A stretch of DNA of 64,000 bases from the human T2T-CHM13v2.0 reference genome, Homo sapiens (GCF_009914755.1 NC_060927.1), one strand, 5' to 3'. Shown: positions 42,890-56,422, counted from the stretch's first letter. Program-made: numbers and translations. The notes: generated by a model from the sequence alone, not told the origin.

Positions 42890-43129
42890 GGTATCTGTTT
42901 TTTTGTTCCTGTGTTAATTCCCTTAGGATAATGACCTCCAGCTGCATTTGCTGCAAAGGACATGATTTTTTTAACGGCTGTATAGTGCTCCATGATGTAT
43001 GTATACCCCATTTTCGTTATCCAGTCCACCATTGATGGGTGGCTAGGTTGATTTCATGTCTTTGCCATTGTGGTGATGAACACATTCAAACTGTATTTAG
43101 TTTGACGTAGAACTGCAGTGTATTTTACA

Positions 43130-43310
43130 GCTAAACAAACTCAAATTCCTGACTAATTACAAACCAGGTACTTTGTGCTCTCTTACAAATACAATGGTGT
43201 TATAATACCTCCATTTTAGGGTTACTGTTGGGATTAAATGATTTAACAAAGGCAGTGTGTCTACTACGGTGTATGACACAGATACTGAGTTAATGCTAGT
43301 ACCATTTTAT
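43130..43310 (+). mobile_element. MIR relic
   Basis: ATAATACCTCC...AGGGTTACTGTTGGGATTAAATGA. Confidence 0.55.
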
Positions 43311-43613
43311 ATTTTGCCTTATTTTTACTGTCAAGTTTAATTATTGCAATAAAAATATGATCACCTAAAATATATGCAAGGGAAAAAACTCATCTGGATG
43401 GCACTTGAAAGTTAAAGCCTCAAGTATAACAATAAATCGAAGCTTGAGATTGTTATTCAGGAAAGTAGCAATTTCATGGATCTCTGGATGCGACAGATTC
43501 TAGAAGAGAGAGTCCATATGAAGTGTGTACTCTCCCTCCAGGGCCCCATGCACTGTGAGGACAGATATGTATATATACGAGGTAAAGCACTTTTTTGGTG
43601 CTATCCTCACAAA

Positions 43614-43904
<291 letters not shown>

Positions 43905-44098
43905 CCTCACAATTTTTCTATATACCTAAACCTATTCTAAAATAAAATGTTTATTTAAAAAATACACTCTAAGAAAACAACCCAAAATGAAAATACACAT
44001 ACATACAAATACATATACTGTTTTTCTTTTTATTCTTTTTGTGTTTTCTTGCATATATATACTTTTGAAAGTGGAAAACCTTCATAGTAAAAATTTTG

Positions 44099-44491
<393 letters not shown>

Positions 44492-44990
44492 TCACAAAAT
44501 TTAGAATATGTTAATATGTGGGAAATCATATGTGGGATATGAAAAAGCAAAACACATAGCATGTTTACTCTGGTTATAAAAATTTCAAAAGCTAGGAATA
44601 TTCACATTAAAAATACTTTGAAAAGGATATGTTACAATGAGGTAGTTGGCATTTCAAGTTTGTCTATGTTTTCTGTGGATATTTTAGATAAAATATTCAT
44701 AAGAGATATTCCTTTATTCAGATACAAAAAATGCTCTCCTCACTCAGACTAGTTATTCTGAACATGTTTTGTTTTTCTCAAGCTAATTGTTGGACTCGAG
44801 AGATAGTGCCCTTTCTATTCCATAATTTAGTGATACAAATAGTGCTTACTAGCTTGATGCCTGGTGTAAAGAACTCAAGAAAAGTTTATTAAATGAAAAT
44901 TTAATATAATCTACTTGCTAACCTTAAAACTTTTTAAAGCTTTATGTTCAATACTATAAAAATTTAAACATTTTTGTAATATATATATAT

Positions 44991-45083
44991 TTTGGAGACA
45001 CAGTTGCACTCTGTCACTAGGCTGGAGTGCAGTGGCATGATTTCACCTCACCACAACCTCCGCCACCAGGGTTCAAGTGATTC
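44991..45083 (-). mobile_element. Alu right-arm fragment
   Basis: CACTCTGTCACTAGGCTGGAGTGCAGTGG...GGGTTCAAGTGATTC. Confidence 0.85.
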
Positions 45084-45084
45084 C

Positions 45085-45407
45085 CTTGGGATTTCTATTG
45101 ATTCTTATACTTTATAGATTATTTAGAATTGTCTATGTATGATTATGTTATCTGTAAATAATGACTGCTTTATTTCCTCCTTTTTTTTTTTTTTTTTTTT
45201 TTTTTTGAGACAGAGTCTCGCCCTGTCACCCAGGCTGGAGTGCTGGAGTGCAGTGGCACGATCTTGGCTCACTGCAACCTCCGCCTTGCCCAACCTGCAA
45301 GCTTGCAAGCATGTTTTCTTTCTCTTGTCACTTTGCATTTGACTAAGACCTCAGCAGAATGTTTAGTAGCAGCAAAGACAGTGGGTATTCTTTATTTATT
45401 CATAATC
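45085..45407 (-). mobile_element. Old L1M ORF2 fragment split by an Alu fragment
   Basis: Track ORF 45123-45338 ends KEEIKQSLFTDNII, an ORF2p RT motif. Confidence 0.65.
45181..45285 (-). mobile_element. Alu right-arm fragment with internal 8-bp duplication (GCTGGAGT x2)
   Basis: T27 tail, then GAGACAGAGTCTCGCCC...CAACCTCCGCC. Confidence 0.88.
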
Positions 45408-45707
45408 TGTCACGGGTTGGATACCCTGGGAAGCAGATTGTGAGACTGCAATTAGCATGCAAGAAGTTTGCTAGCAATGCTTTTGGGATCCACCCATGTG
45501 GATTGAATGGAAGGGGAGCAGTCTTTATGCCTCTGTATCTATCAGTAAGTGGTAGTGTGACCTGGGGATGAGGGTGGCTCAGGATGAGGTGACTGTCTTC
45601 AGTCAACCCAATTCCTAAAAGGGATAGACAACTAAAGGGCTCTGCCAAAAGTACCCCTAGAGGCTGGTAAATAGTTCTTCAGTTCTGAAGAGTCAGCATC
45701 TTCTACA
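45408..45707 (-). mobile_element. Old ERVL LTR (LTR33/LTR40-like)
   Basis: GGGTTGGATACCCTGGGAAGCAGATTGTGAGA...TTAGCATGCAAGAAGTTT...TTGGGATCCACCC. Confidence 0.6.
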
Positions 45708-47234
45708 CAAGTTTTCATGGGGAAAGATGTTAAATTTCACAATGTTATTTGTGTCTCAGTGTTCTCTAAACAACAAATATAACAATAGTTTTAATAAAAA
45801 CAATGACAATGATAATAAGACAACAAACAAAAATACAGTAACTAACATTCCTGTAATGGGATATTAAATGGTACTTTTCTTATCATCTCAGGATTTCAGC
45901 TGAAGTCCCCAGTTGAGCCTGGTGGATGATAGAACCCTGTCACATTTTGCAGAGAGACATTTCTAAGCAGGACATACTAAAAGATATGTGGCTTTGTGTA
46001 CATTACTTCAAATAGCTTAGATAAAAGAAAAATTTGAAAAGAAAAAGTTGTCTATATCGCAGTCTTCCCTCCCTTAAGGCAAAATGAGTTGTTTTCTAGA
46101 GATTTTTGTGGTTGATAATGTCGGTTTTTTTTTAATTTTTTTGCAAGAGACTGGAATTTTATTCCTCAGCTGGATATTTATTGAACTGCAGAAATGCATA
46201 GTCTTGCCTTATACTTCCCTTACTGATCTTGAGGGCATTTGGGAATGTCTATAACACAGACACTGATGCCTGTATCTGGGGGATCTGAAATTCAAGGCAA
46301 GGTAGAGTTGTCTATGACAGCAGGAAGAGCAAAGAAGCTAGTTTTGATATCAACGGCACAGATACAAATTTCCCCAGGCCAAGTGAATCTCGTGAAAAAT
46401 AGCCACTTGTGCCATCTTGACAGGACCCTGTCAAAGAAGATTGTTTATGGAGTGTGATGACCTTGGCTGAGTCTGTGGGATCATCACTGGAATGAGAGTG
46501 GAGGATGCAGAGATGAGAGGGTTCATGAAAGGTCCATTACCTTGTCAGAGAATGGTGCCATGTAGCGGTCATAGAGGGAGTCTCCAGAAAACCCTCCAAC
46601 ACTCTCTAAGAAAGTGTGAAAGAACCTGCATTCTGCACCTGCCGTCACTGAGGACGCATATAGATTATATAACAGCACCAGAAAAGAAAGACAATGGTGT
46701 TTTCCTTTAACTTCTTCTCTGACAATTACCTCCCACCCCCATGACCCTGGACGTGTGAGTACCAGGTCAAATAGGGGAACAAGGAGAAAAGATCAGCAAA
46801 CCCCCTCACAGGCCACAGATCTGGCCTGAGCAGATGGGAGTGGGGCATAAGTGGGCAGTGGTGGTGGTGCGGGGCAGATACGGAATTAGATGGGATATTA
46901 ACGTTTTGATTTAGACTGGAGTTTTAGAGGTGTGGCTAGTCTTAAAAACTGTAACTTTTTAAACATCCATAATATTTGCCCATGACGTTGCCAGGAAGTA
47001 GAGAAGGGTGATCCAACATCCTTCTTAAGGGCAGTAGTAAGAGAAAAACAAAGCCATGAAAACCACTAAACTCAGAGAATAACAGTAATAGTGACAACCA
47101 GTAAAAGTAATCACTAACTTTCAGTCAGAGTTTTACTATTTATGAAGCACTCCCACAGAGTCTAACTTATAATTATCTATATAGTTGGTCCTCCTTAATA
47201 CAATAATCAGTATGGTTTTTCTTTCCACTTCAGA

Positions 47235-47603
47235 ACCTTGGAGCAAACTGTAGCTCTTCCCGGAATGCTGTTCCTCTTGTTTTAGCCTAATTTTTGCTGC
47301 TATTTTGGAGCCTAGATCAATGTCTTTGCCTCACAGAAGCTATCTCTGACCCTCCAGATAGATCTACCCATTTTATGCTTTCATAGCACCCACTATTCCC
47401 ACCTCAGAATACTTTTCCCCAAGTTTACTTAAATAATTACTTGTGCAATTAATTGGTTAATACCTATGTCTCCAGCTAGAATCTAAGCCTCATGAGGGCA
47501 TGGCCCTGGTGGATCTTGCTCAGAATTGATTTTCTGGCACCTACCACAAAGCCTTACACATAGTATAAAAGTTCAGTAGGGATATCAATTGAATAAATGA
47601 AGA
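47235..47603 (+). mobile_element. L2 3' portion
   Basis: GGAATGCTGTTCCTC...CTAGAATCTAAGCCTCATGAGGGCA...TGAATAAATGAA. Confidence 0.7.
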
Positions 47604-50569
47604 AATGGTGAAAGAACTAATATGACTCAAGATTCCTAATCCCTGACTAGGAAGAGTTTCTCTGGATTCCATGGTCTGTAAAGCTATAGGCCAGAATGAC
47701 TTCCTGATAGTGGACATTTGTAGCTGGATTTAGTATTTCACTGTGGTTTGTTAGGAGATACTGAACTGGGTGGGGAAGGCCATCACTTACCAGGACATGG
47801 GTGTGGGAAGAAGGGAGTGCGCAGGTAGCTCATGGGGTGGGGCCCAGGTGAACTTCTTTTATTTTAGACAGCCACTATTCATTAGAAAGAATGCAAGTCC
47901 CTTTCACCTTTATCTCTGTAGAGATAATGGGAGATGCACAATTTTTTTAAGGCACGTTCTTTGGTCCCTTTGAATGAAAGTGCTGTATAAGTCCATGATG
48001 TTATTTTTGACTAATCAAAGGGAAAAATGTCAGGCTAACATCAAGGACATGCTTTTGATAATTTTTTAAAAAGGTTATGCATGCTACCTTTTATTCAGCA
48101 GTCAATTAAATGCCTTCACTTTTAAACATAAAACTGAGCAGCTGATTTTTTTTTCTTTTCAATGGTATTTTTTATGCATAAAAAATTGAGCATATTTTTT
48201 CAATGAATTATTGGAAAAGATCAACCACCCATCCATAAAATCTTCTAAAACCACTATATCCCCTCTTTGACATTTTAAGACATTTTAGCTAATGTGGTAA
48301 TATATTTGAATTCTACTCAGAGTATTTCCAAAAATACATAAATAGAGGTTTACCCTGAGGCTTCCTAATAAAACTAAAACAAGTTTCATTTCATTGAAAT
48401 GTTGTTTCTTCTTTGACTTTTGAATAGGATGATTGTTGAAGGTCCTTTCCAGGAACAGAACATCATCCACTCACTTTCTTACTAAGAAAGCTGGCTTTTT
48501 AATCTTCATTTGTTGATGGCTATCTTTGGCCTGAACAACTAGAAAGTATCACATCAAACAAGAAGGAAAGAAGTTAAATAAACTTCAGGGAACTCTTCCA
48601 AGAAAGGTCATCTATTTAAAAAATATTAAGTGTGTTTGTTCAATAACCATGTATGTAAACTAAATGCAGCAGCTTAATGAAATAATTCAATTAAATACTT
48701 TAGCTTTATTGATAATGACAGAGCTCTATAGTGGCTGGTAATGTCACAGTGGATAATTATAATAGTATGATATGATTTTTCTCTATGTAATCATAAACAA
48801 GCTTAAGAACCAAAGCTTATAAGAAATTTATAAATAAAGAGAACATTTCCCCTCCATTATTGTGGCTTAATTATAACCATAGGCCATATCTTTCTTGGGA
48901 AGATAAACAAAGCACATGTAGTAATAAATGTTTCATCTCAACCATGAATTTTCATGATGAACAGAATAGAGATCAAAGTCATATTAATCTAAATATTAAA
49001 AGTTCTGTGACTTTATTTTGTGCCTCCCAAGTTGGTGAAGCTTGACAGATTGGCTAAGGCTATTATTTAATTTAGAAAAAAATTGATCTTGTAATTACAT
49101 GTAGTTTCTCACTCAGGAATACGGTATTGTTCTTTATTTATTCCAGTCATTCTTTTATATCTCTAGTGGAGTTTTCAGGTTAAGCCCCAGCCAAGTACAG
49201 CCTTGGAATACTGACAGGTATGATAGTGTCTGGGAAATTGACAGGGTGGTCCCCTGAGGCTTAATTGCATGAGAGAATGAGGCATCTACTGGAAGAGAAT
49301 TTGATTCTCAGGGAAGAAGATGTTAGGCAACAAGTCAAATCTTAACAAATCTGTGGTCATAGGTAGGGAATAAATAGGACTGAGAGGCCTGAAGAGAGCA
49401 CAGTATTTATCTCCTATTGCAGCCACATTCCCCTTGCTCTATTCTTTATTTATATCTAAATTTCCTAGAGGAGAAATTTTGTAATTAAAAAAGATAAAAT
49501 ACCATGTTCCTATAAACTGCTTAAGATATCAGGTCACAAAGGTATTTCTTTGGTATTCTTCATACAGAATATAATCCAAAATGACAGAGGGGTCCTCTCT
49601 AGTCTTCTCCACAGAACGCAAGGCAGCACTGTACACGGAAGGCTCAGAGGGCAAGCAAGACTTGAACCAATGGTCACAAGAAAGTAGCTGCTAACACAAT
49701 GGAGGTGGCAGCTGTGCCTGGTGGAGCAGAGGGGCAGGGGGGACTTTCTTAGAGGAAGTGGTATACCCACTAAAGGAAGCTGTAGTGCCTATGAGGATGG
49801 TAGAGTTCAAGAGAAATACAATAACAGAAAAATCACTGGTGGAAATGGAAGCAGCAATGTAAAGGGCTCATCTAACAAAGCAGTTCCTGGAGGAACAGAG
49901 CTCAGCTGTAAGTACTGAGGAGAGCAAAATCACACTGAGACATGGTGGCATGGTGGGGTATGGAGGGAGGATTTCGCAGGAGAAATTCTGAAAGAGGAGG
50001 TGAGACTAGTGATTGTAAATGTGAGTTATTGATACTGGTGAAATACAATTTTAAGTTTTGGGTTGAAATCCTCAGGGGAAACAGACCACAGAACTTTGAG
50101 CAACTTTCTTAATAAAAGCCCCAAATATTATACGGGTTGGTTGGATTCATTTTTGATAGCTATGGTAAGTTTGCGCTTTTTTTTTTTCTGGTTTTATGTT
50201 TTAATTTTAATTATTTTCTATTTTATCTATTTTTCAAAACCAACAAAAATCTGAAAAAATTATAATAAAATAATAAATGTAAGAAGAGTCAAAAATTAAT
50301 TTAAAGGTGACAGCTGAGTAGGAAATGAAAAGAGAAGTTATATTTAATTTTTTTTTAACTATGAGTTTTGGGTTTATGTTAACTAATACAGTTAGATGTA
50401 ATAAGTTTTGGATATTCCAGTAGTCAAAACAAAGAGAAAAAATATGATAGGATGTACAATACTTTTATGTTTTTAGGTAATATTACACCCATTTTTTATT
50501 ATGACCTTTTAAAAATATTTTCCTTCATAAGCAATATACAAATGCATCTTATTTAAATATTTCCGGCAA

Positions 50570-50573
<4 letters not shown>

Positions 50574-50613
<40 letters not shown>
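50574..50613. repeat. (TA)n microsatellite
   Basis: About 20 perfect units. Confidence 0.95.
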
Positions 50614-50619
<6 letters not shown>

Positions 50620-50641
50620 GTACTTCCATATATATATATGT

Positions 50642-50792
50642 GTACTTGCTTCTGAGAGGGAGAGTAGACTCTTTATGTTATTGTGTATGTGTATGTATAT
50701 ATATACGCAATGTTGTATTGTGTGTAAATATATATACACACACACATACACAATAAAATTAAGAGTCTACTCTCCCTCTCATAAGCAAGTAC
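50642..50792. repeat. Long inverted repeat / hairpin
   Basis: Arms 50642-50673 and 50761-50792 complementary at 31/32; inner arms 50678-50692 and 50742-50756 at 15/15. Confidence 0.95.
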
Positions 50793-52955
50793 TTTTGACA
50801 TATATGTGTCTTTGCATTCTTTTCTCTATATGTTTTTGTCTGTTCATTCATATATAATGTTGAGCCCTTAGTGAGATCTGTGTGAGAAGGCTTCCACGGA
50901 GGAGTTCTGATTTTATCTGTGAGGGTTGTGGTTTCTATGTATTAAAACATATTGTAAGATGATAACTAAAATGTTAATATTTTCCTTGACTAGAAGAATG
51001 AAAATGATTTAGAATTTTTTCACAGATTCCTATATTTTCTAAATTTTTTACATTGACTATTTATTATATTTTAAACTTAAAAAACTCCTCAGTGTCAATT
51101 TAAATAAATAATACCAGTGAGTTTCTAAGGGCGCAGATGCAAAAAGAAGACTGTAAGGCAGAGGTTTACATTTTAGGCCATTTGGTAATGCTTGGATGGT
51201 CAAAATCTATTAGAAGTTTACATAAAATTGTTTAGTAGTTCTAACTAATATATTGCACACAGCTTGCTTTTTGTTTCCTCAGTTCTATGAATAACTTATT
51301 ATTTCTTAATAGTCAGCAGACAGGCCCAGCTTGAGGTTTTTTTTTCATACTTAGATTTAGCTCCTGCCCAAATAGCTTATGCAAGCATTGAAGGCCCACA
51401 AGCCAACTTAGAGGTCATGGCATTGGGAATATTGCTTATAAACCTCAGCTAATTCTCTGTAGATCATATAGTGCCATCTATACCCATTTGCTGAAGTTAA
51501 GTTCTTTACAACAAATGTTTTCTAAAAATCTACTATGTGCTAGACATTTTGATAGATACCAACAATAAAAAAAAGAAATAATATACAGATCTTGCTTTCA
51601 AGACTAGTAACAAAAATCAGTTACTCAATGACTGAAGGTTAATACTTAGTGTGGCTCTTGGGTAGATTGAAGTACAAAACCAAAAAAAAGAGAGCTGACA
51701 TGAATCCTAGTAAGATAAAATTGTACTGTATGCTGACTTATTTTTTATCCATTATTTATACAATAGATTCTTCATCGTAGAATTGTTAAAATTATTTGAA
51801 AATTAACAAGATGTTCTTTATAATTTTCATTTGTGTTTAGAGTCTTAAATGTTAAATGTTTGAGTTAGGCTTCTGATGTAGAGTTTTCCTCTGTAACAGG
51901 TCTCTAGACTTTGAATCAAAATTGCTCTAATAGTTTGTTTCCTTTTTTTTAGACCAGCCCAAATTTGAAGGATAATTTACCAGTGTGGTTCCACCAAAGC
52001 CCCCTAGGCCCCACTCCACACTGCAGTATAAGTTAAGGTCTTTCTGATAGCACCATATTGTGGAATGATATTTGTAAAGCTTAATTTTGCTGCGTAGGTT
52101 CCCAAACAAGCTGTGATCTGCATGAGAGCCAAGTAGGGAGCTAGTTCATTTGAAAAGAGTTAAGATCCAGTTGAGAATTAGCTGATAAATTCAAAAAAAT
52201 TGCTTAACCAAGTGAAGCACTTACAGGGCAGCGATTACTTGTAAGATTTTTATCCTTTATGTTTAATATTCATGAGCGCTGATCCACGCAAGAAGGCTTA
52301 GGAGCCTCCAAAAAATACTAATTAAATGAGAGTTGGGGTATTGTATCTGCTGTAGCTATTTTCCAACAGATTACATTGTAAAGAAGTTTACCCAGAATGA
52401 ATGTTCCAACGCCTACTCTGTGTAATAGCAGGTGCAATTCTTCTTTAGAAATCCAAGCTCTGATGAATGCATTTTCCAGCCTTGCAAAGCACAGCGGCTT
52501 GAATAAATCCAATAAGGCTTACCTTGTTTTGGGAAATATTTGCTGAGTTTCACTGTGCAAAGACCCTAAGACTGATTTGAGTGATAACAAGGCTTGAACA
52601 TCTGAAGAAGTCCTTAGAGTAGATGCTGACTCCTGTCCTATTCACAATTCCAAGAAATTTTTTTAATCCCTTTATTTTCATTAATTTCACAAGGTAAATG
52701 TTCTGAATCATTTCTGCCTTGAAAAGGTTTGATGAACCATTAATATTAGCATCATTAAAAATAGTGAACTCATTCATCAATTGTGTATTTTAAGTTTTAA
52801 ATCTAAATAACTTTTAACTTTCCTTTGGAAAGTTAGAGTGACAATGAAAATTAGTATTTCATGGTCTCTTGATTGAATCTGAGATTCAGTCATTAAGGAA
52901 GGATCATAATTTTCTTTTTATAATACAGCAATTGACTGTTTTCCATCACCATCAA

Positions 52956-52958
<3 letters not shown>

Positions 52959-52993
<35 letters not shown>
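52959..52993. repeat. (TA)n microsatellite
   Basis: About 17 perfect units at the start of MER21. Confidence 0.95.
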
Positions 52994-52995
<2 letters not shown>

Positions 52996-53885
52996 TCTCT
53001 GTCTCAGGTTCCTGACACAGAACTACTAAAATCCTTGTAATTTTCTGAGCAAAAGGGGTGCTAGAAGCATTTTTTTGTTACAATATTTGGTCTTAGTCCC
53101 TGGTTCCTGACAGGAGAGCTTCTAAGATCCTTGAAATCTCCTGAGTGGTAAGAGTATTTTTTGTATGCTAATGAGATTACTGGTGGCAGGGACCCCTGGA
53201 TAACTTCAGATTGGAGGCTGGTCACCAGAAAGATTACAGCATGATTAGAGAGTTATAACTTTCAGCCCTACTCCTGACCTCCAGGGAGTGAAAAGAGGAT
53301 GAAAATTGAGCCAATCATCAATAGCCAATGATTTAATCAATCATGTTTCTAAAAGAGGCATGATAAACGGAACCTCAATAGAAACGCTAAACAATGAGGT
53401 TTAGAGAGCTCTGAGGTTGATGAATGCATCCTCATGCTGGGAAGGTGGTGGGCCCCAACTCCATGGGACAGAAGCTCCTATTCTCAGGACTCTTTTGGAC
53501 CTCACCCTATGTGCCTCTTCATCTAGCCATTTGTTTGAATCCTTATAATATCTCTTATCATAAACTAGTATATGTAAGTAAACGATTTCCCTGAGTTCTG
53601 TGAGCCATTATGACAAATTATCAAGTATGAGGAGAGGGTCACAGGAACTCCCAATTTATAGCCAAATCAGACAGAGGTGTGAGTAATTTGATGGTACACT
53701 ACTTGCAATTGGCATCTGAAGTGGAGGGGGGCAGTCTTGTATGATTGAACCCATAAACTGTGGGGTCTGCACTAATTCCAGGTAGTTAGTTTCAGTTGAA
53801 TTAAATTATAGGACATGCATTTGGTGTCCAAAGAGTTGGAGAATCGGTTGCTGGTGTGGAAAAACACATTTAGTGTCAGAAGTGT
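52994..53885 (+). mobile_element. MER21 (B/C-like) LTR
   Basis: GGTTCCTGACACAGA...GGCTGGTCACCAGAAAGA...GCCAATGATTTAATCAATCATG...TGTCAGAAGTG. Confidence 0.85.
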
Positions 53886-54087
53886 AGCGAGTAGAAAAGT
53901 AGTTTTTGTTGTTGTTGTTATTAGTAGGACATGTAGAACTAGATGGAGGACTCTTAAATAAAAGCCAATGAAAACTATGGAGATTAGTAAGATCCAGAAT
54001 GTTTAACCGAGGTAGTCTAGTTTCAAAAATAATTCCCTTCCCAAGAAATCAAAAGTGATTGTGAATTTATGGATAAACAACAGTACA

Positions 54088-54156
54088 GCATGGAGATTTC
54101 CTAGACAAGGGCGTGGAGATTTCCTAGACAAGGGCGTGGAGATTTCCTAGACAAGG
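54088..54156 (+). repeat. 23-bp minisatellite, 3 copies
   Basis: GC(A/G)TGGAGATTTCCTAGACAAGG x3, one mismatch overall. Confidence 0.97.
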
Positions 54157-54745
54157 ATGATGACATTCTGTAGCCTATTGATCATGGATCTGGGAGTGCA
54201 GTTATTTTGGGAAAAAAGGATCTCTGGCCCACAGCAAGATTTGAGCCAGCAATTTCAGGGGGCATGTTGTAAAAAGAAAGAAGACTCTTCAGAAACAAAA
54301 TTTAGGCTCAAGGATGCAATTTAATTGCCAATCTGGTTTGGCAATTTGTTAATGGGCTCACTGGGATGTTTTAAGACTATAGATGAGTAAGAAGAGATGT
54401 CAAGGGAACAGAAAGAAAATACCAGATGGAGAACAAGGAATCTAGGATGTAGTAAAGGTAATGACAGCTTAGTCTAAAAACTTGTTAAGAATCTTATCAA
54501 TGTTCTTATTAACATTAACAGGCTTTGGAGGCTGTCCAAACTCTTATATTGAATGGAATTAGCCTGAAACAAGGAGAAAAGATGGGTATAAATTATAGTG
54601 ACATGAAATAACGTTTTAAATATGTGTTGACAGATACCTGCAGTTATCACTTCAGCTATTTTCTGTTGGTTACTGTTGGCATAGTGAGTTCAATTCCATA
54701 TATGAGGTGGTGTGGAGAGGACCTATGCTACCAGGAGTTTTATTT

Positions 54746-55049
54746 TATTTTTTTATTATTTTATATTTTTATTATTTATTTATTTTTGAGATGGAGTCTC
54801 GCTCTGTCGCCCAGGCTGGAGGTCCCTGCAAGCTCCACCTCCCGGGTTCACGCCATTCTCCTGCCTCAGCCTCCTGAATAGCTGGGATTACAGGTGCTCA
54901 CCACCATGCCCGGCTAATTTTTTGTATTTTTAGTAGAGACGGGGTTTCACCGTGTTAGCCAGGATGGTCTCGATCTCCTGACCTTGTGATCCGCCCGCCT
55001 CGGCCTCCCAAAGTGCTGGGATTACAGGCGTGAGCCACTGCGCCCGGCC
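54746..55049 (-). mobile_element. AluY with right-arm deletion and TSD
   Basis: TSD CAGGAGTTTTATTT at 54732-54745 and 55050-55063; GGCTGGAG joined to GTCCCTGCAAGCTCC. Confidence 0.95.
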
Positions 55050-56035
55050 CAGGAGTTTTATTTATTATTTTGGCTTTTCTCTATTATGTGACCTAAATTA
55101 TGTGACATGTTGGCAGCAATTCATCTCTGCTCTTACAGAGTATATGCCTATGGCGTTTGATAGATAATGTGGTTAAAGGTCTAGAAATCTTCATTTTCCT
55201 TATGAACTTATGCTTGTCAGCCACCCACACATATCTCTATTTTTAGTCATCCCAGAACTGGGACTGTTTCTCCATGAACAGCTGACCTTTGTTGCCTTTG
55301 TTCACAGTTTTAGCTGACTTAATGCATATTTGAGAACTCATTTCCCTAGAGTTTCAACCTGAAACCAGAGGCTCAGACAAGGAGATTCTACTTCCGAGAG
55401 ACCACGAGTCTTGAAGAGAGGACCATGTCTGGTCTAAAAAAAAATGAAAAAGTTTAGCAGCAAGAGGAGTGGACACAAATAGGGGATAAATAACAGGAGA
55501 GGACCGTCCCCCTTGAGATCAGGCCTAACAAATTGAATCAAATATAACCTCCACCGTTCACACAATGTGTGCATCTAACTCCATTTTTAGTGCTTTTCCT
55601 CCTCACTCCTTTTCTGCTACCTTTCTTACAGGGCCTTTTTAGGCATTTCCATTTGTGGTCAGTATTTTATGGCTCTATGCTGAACTAAACAGATACCACA
55701 GTTTGCCCACTGGAACATAGTTCATCCCCTTTATTCCATCACTTTGTAGAATAGTCATGTAATTGGACTGAGAGTAACTCTCTCATTTCCCCTCCTTCCA
55801 TTGCCCTACTTCATTTCTTCAAGCACTTGAATGATTTTAAACCTTTCTCTAACCATTTCCTGCTGTAGGTTATTATTTCACCAGGGCAAGCAACTCAAGC
55901 AAGTCAAAATATTGCTTTCATCTTATATCACTGCCCTGTTTAAAAATTACCTACAAAATTTAGTTGTTTTTCTTTTTTTAAACTTAGACTTCCATTTTCT
56001 ATTAAAGCATCTTTCTAGTTTTTTCTTTTCCTACC

Positions 56036-56222
56036 TCTGTGGTTCTCTGATCTGGCTGGTAAAAATCTCCTGGACAACTTTTAAAAAGTAGCAAGGCCAG
56101 GACCCCACCTCTAAAGTTTTTGGTGTAAGTGGCCCAGGGTATGGCCAGGAGATTAGAAAATTTTTCCTTGCTTTTAACTCCTCAGGTATTTCTAACACAC
56201 AGAGCCAGGCTTGAGAGCCACT
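56036..56222. mobile_element. MER5B-like MITE
   Basis: GTGGTTCTC...CAGGACCCCACC...CCTCAGGTATTTCTAA...CAGGCTTGAGAGCCACT. Confidence 0.6.
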
Positions 56223-56248
56223 TATCTATACCAGTGGCTTATCTATAC

Positions 56249-56422
56249 CAGTGGAACCAAAGTATAGTTCCTAACCATCATCTGCATCACCTGGGAACTT
56301 GTTAGAAATGCAAATTATTGAACCCCACCCCAGATTTACTAACTCTGAGAAACTCTGGGGGTGAGACCCAGCAATCTGTGTTTTAACAAGCTCTCCAGGT
56401 GATTCTCGTGTACTTCAAAGTT
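56249..56422. mobile_element. MER5A MITE
   Basis: GCATCACCTGGGAACTTGTTAGAAATGCAAATT...CCCAGCAATCTGTGTTTTAACAAGCTCTCCAGGTGATTCT. Confidence 0.88.

Larger units (their letters stand above)
40378..43088 (-). mobile_element. L1PA16-like 3' fragment (40378-40655 and ~42890-43088) hosting a second L1
   Basis: AGGTTTGGGTACAAATGATCCCATC 3'UTR signature; the sequence resumes after 42890 with TTCCTGTGTTAATTC. Confidence 0.8.

Noticed and set aside
46330-47060. Possible ancient Gypsy-type LTR relic
   Set aside because: Only a vague resemblance; I cannot support boundaries or family without a profile search.
50076-50170. Candidate 89-nt plus-strand exon ending ATG|GTAAGT
   Set aside because: The donor is strong but the acceptor has almost no pyrimidine tract, and the peptide is unrecognisable.
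54088-54156. CRISPR-like array
   Set aside because: The units are head-to-tail with no spacers, there are no cas genes and the context is eukaryotic; it is a minisatellite.
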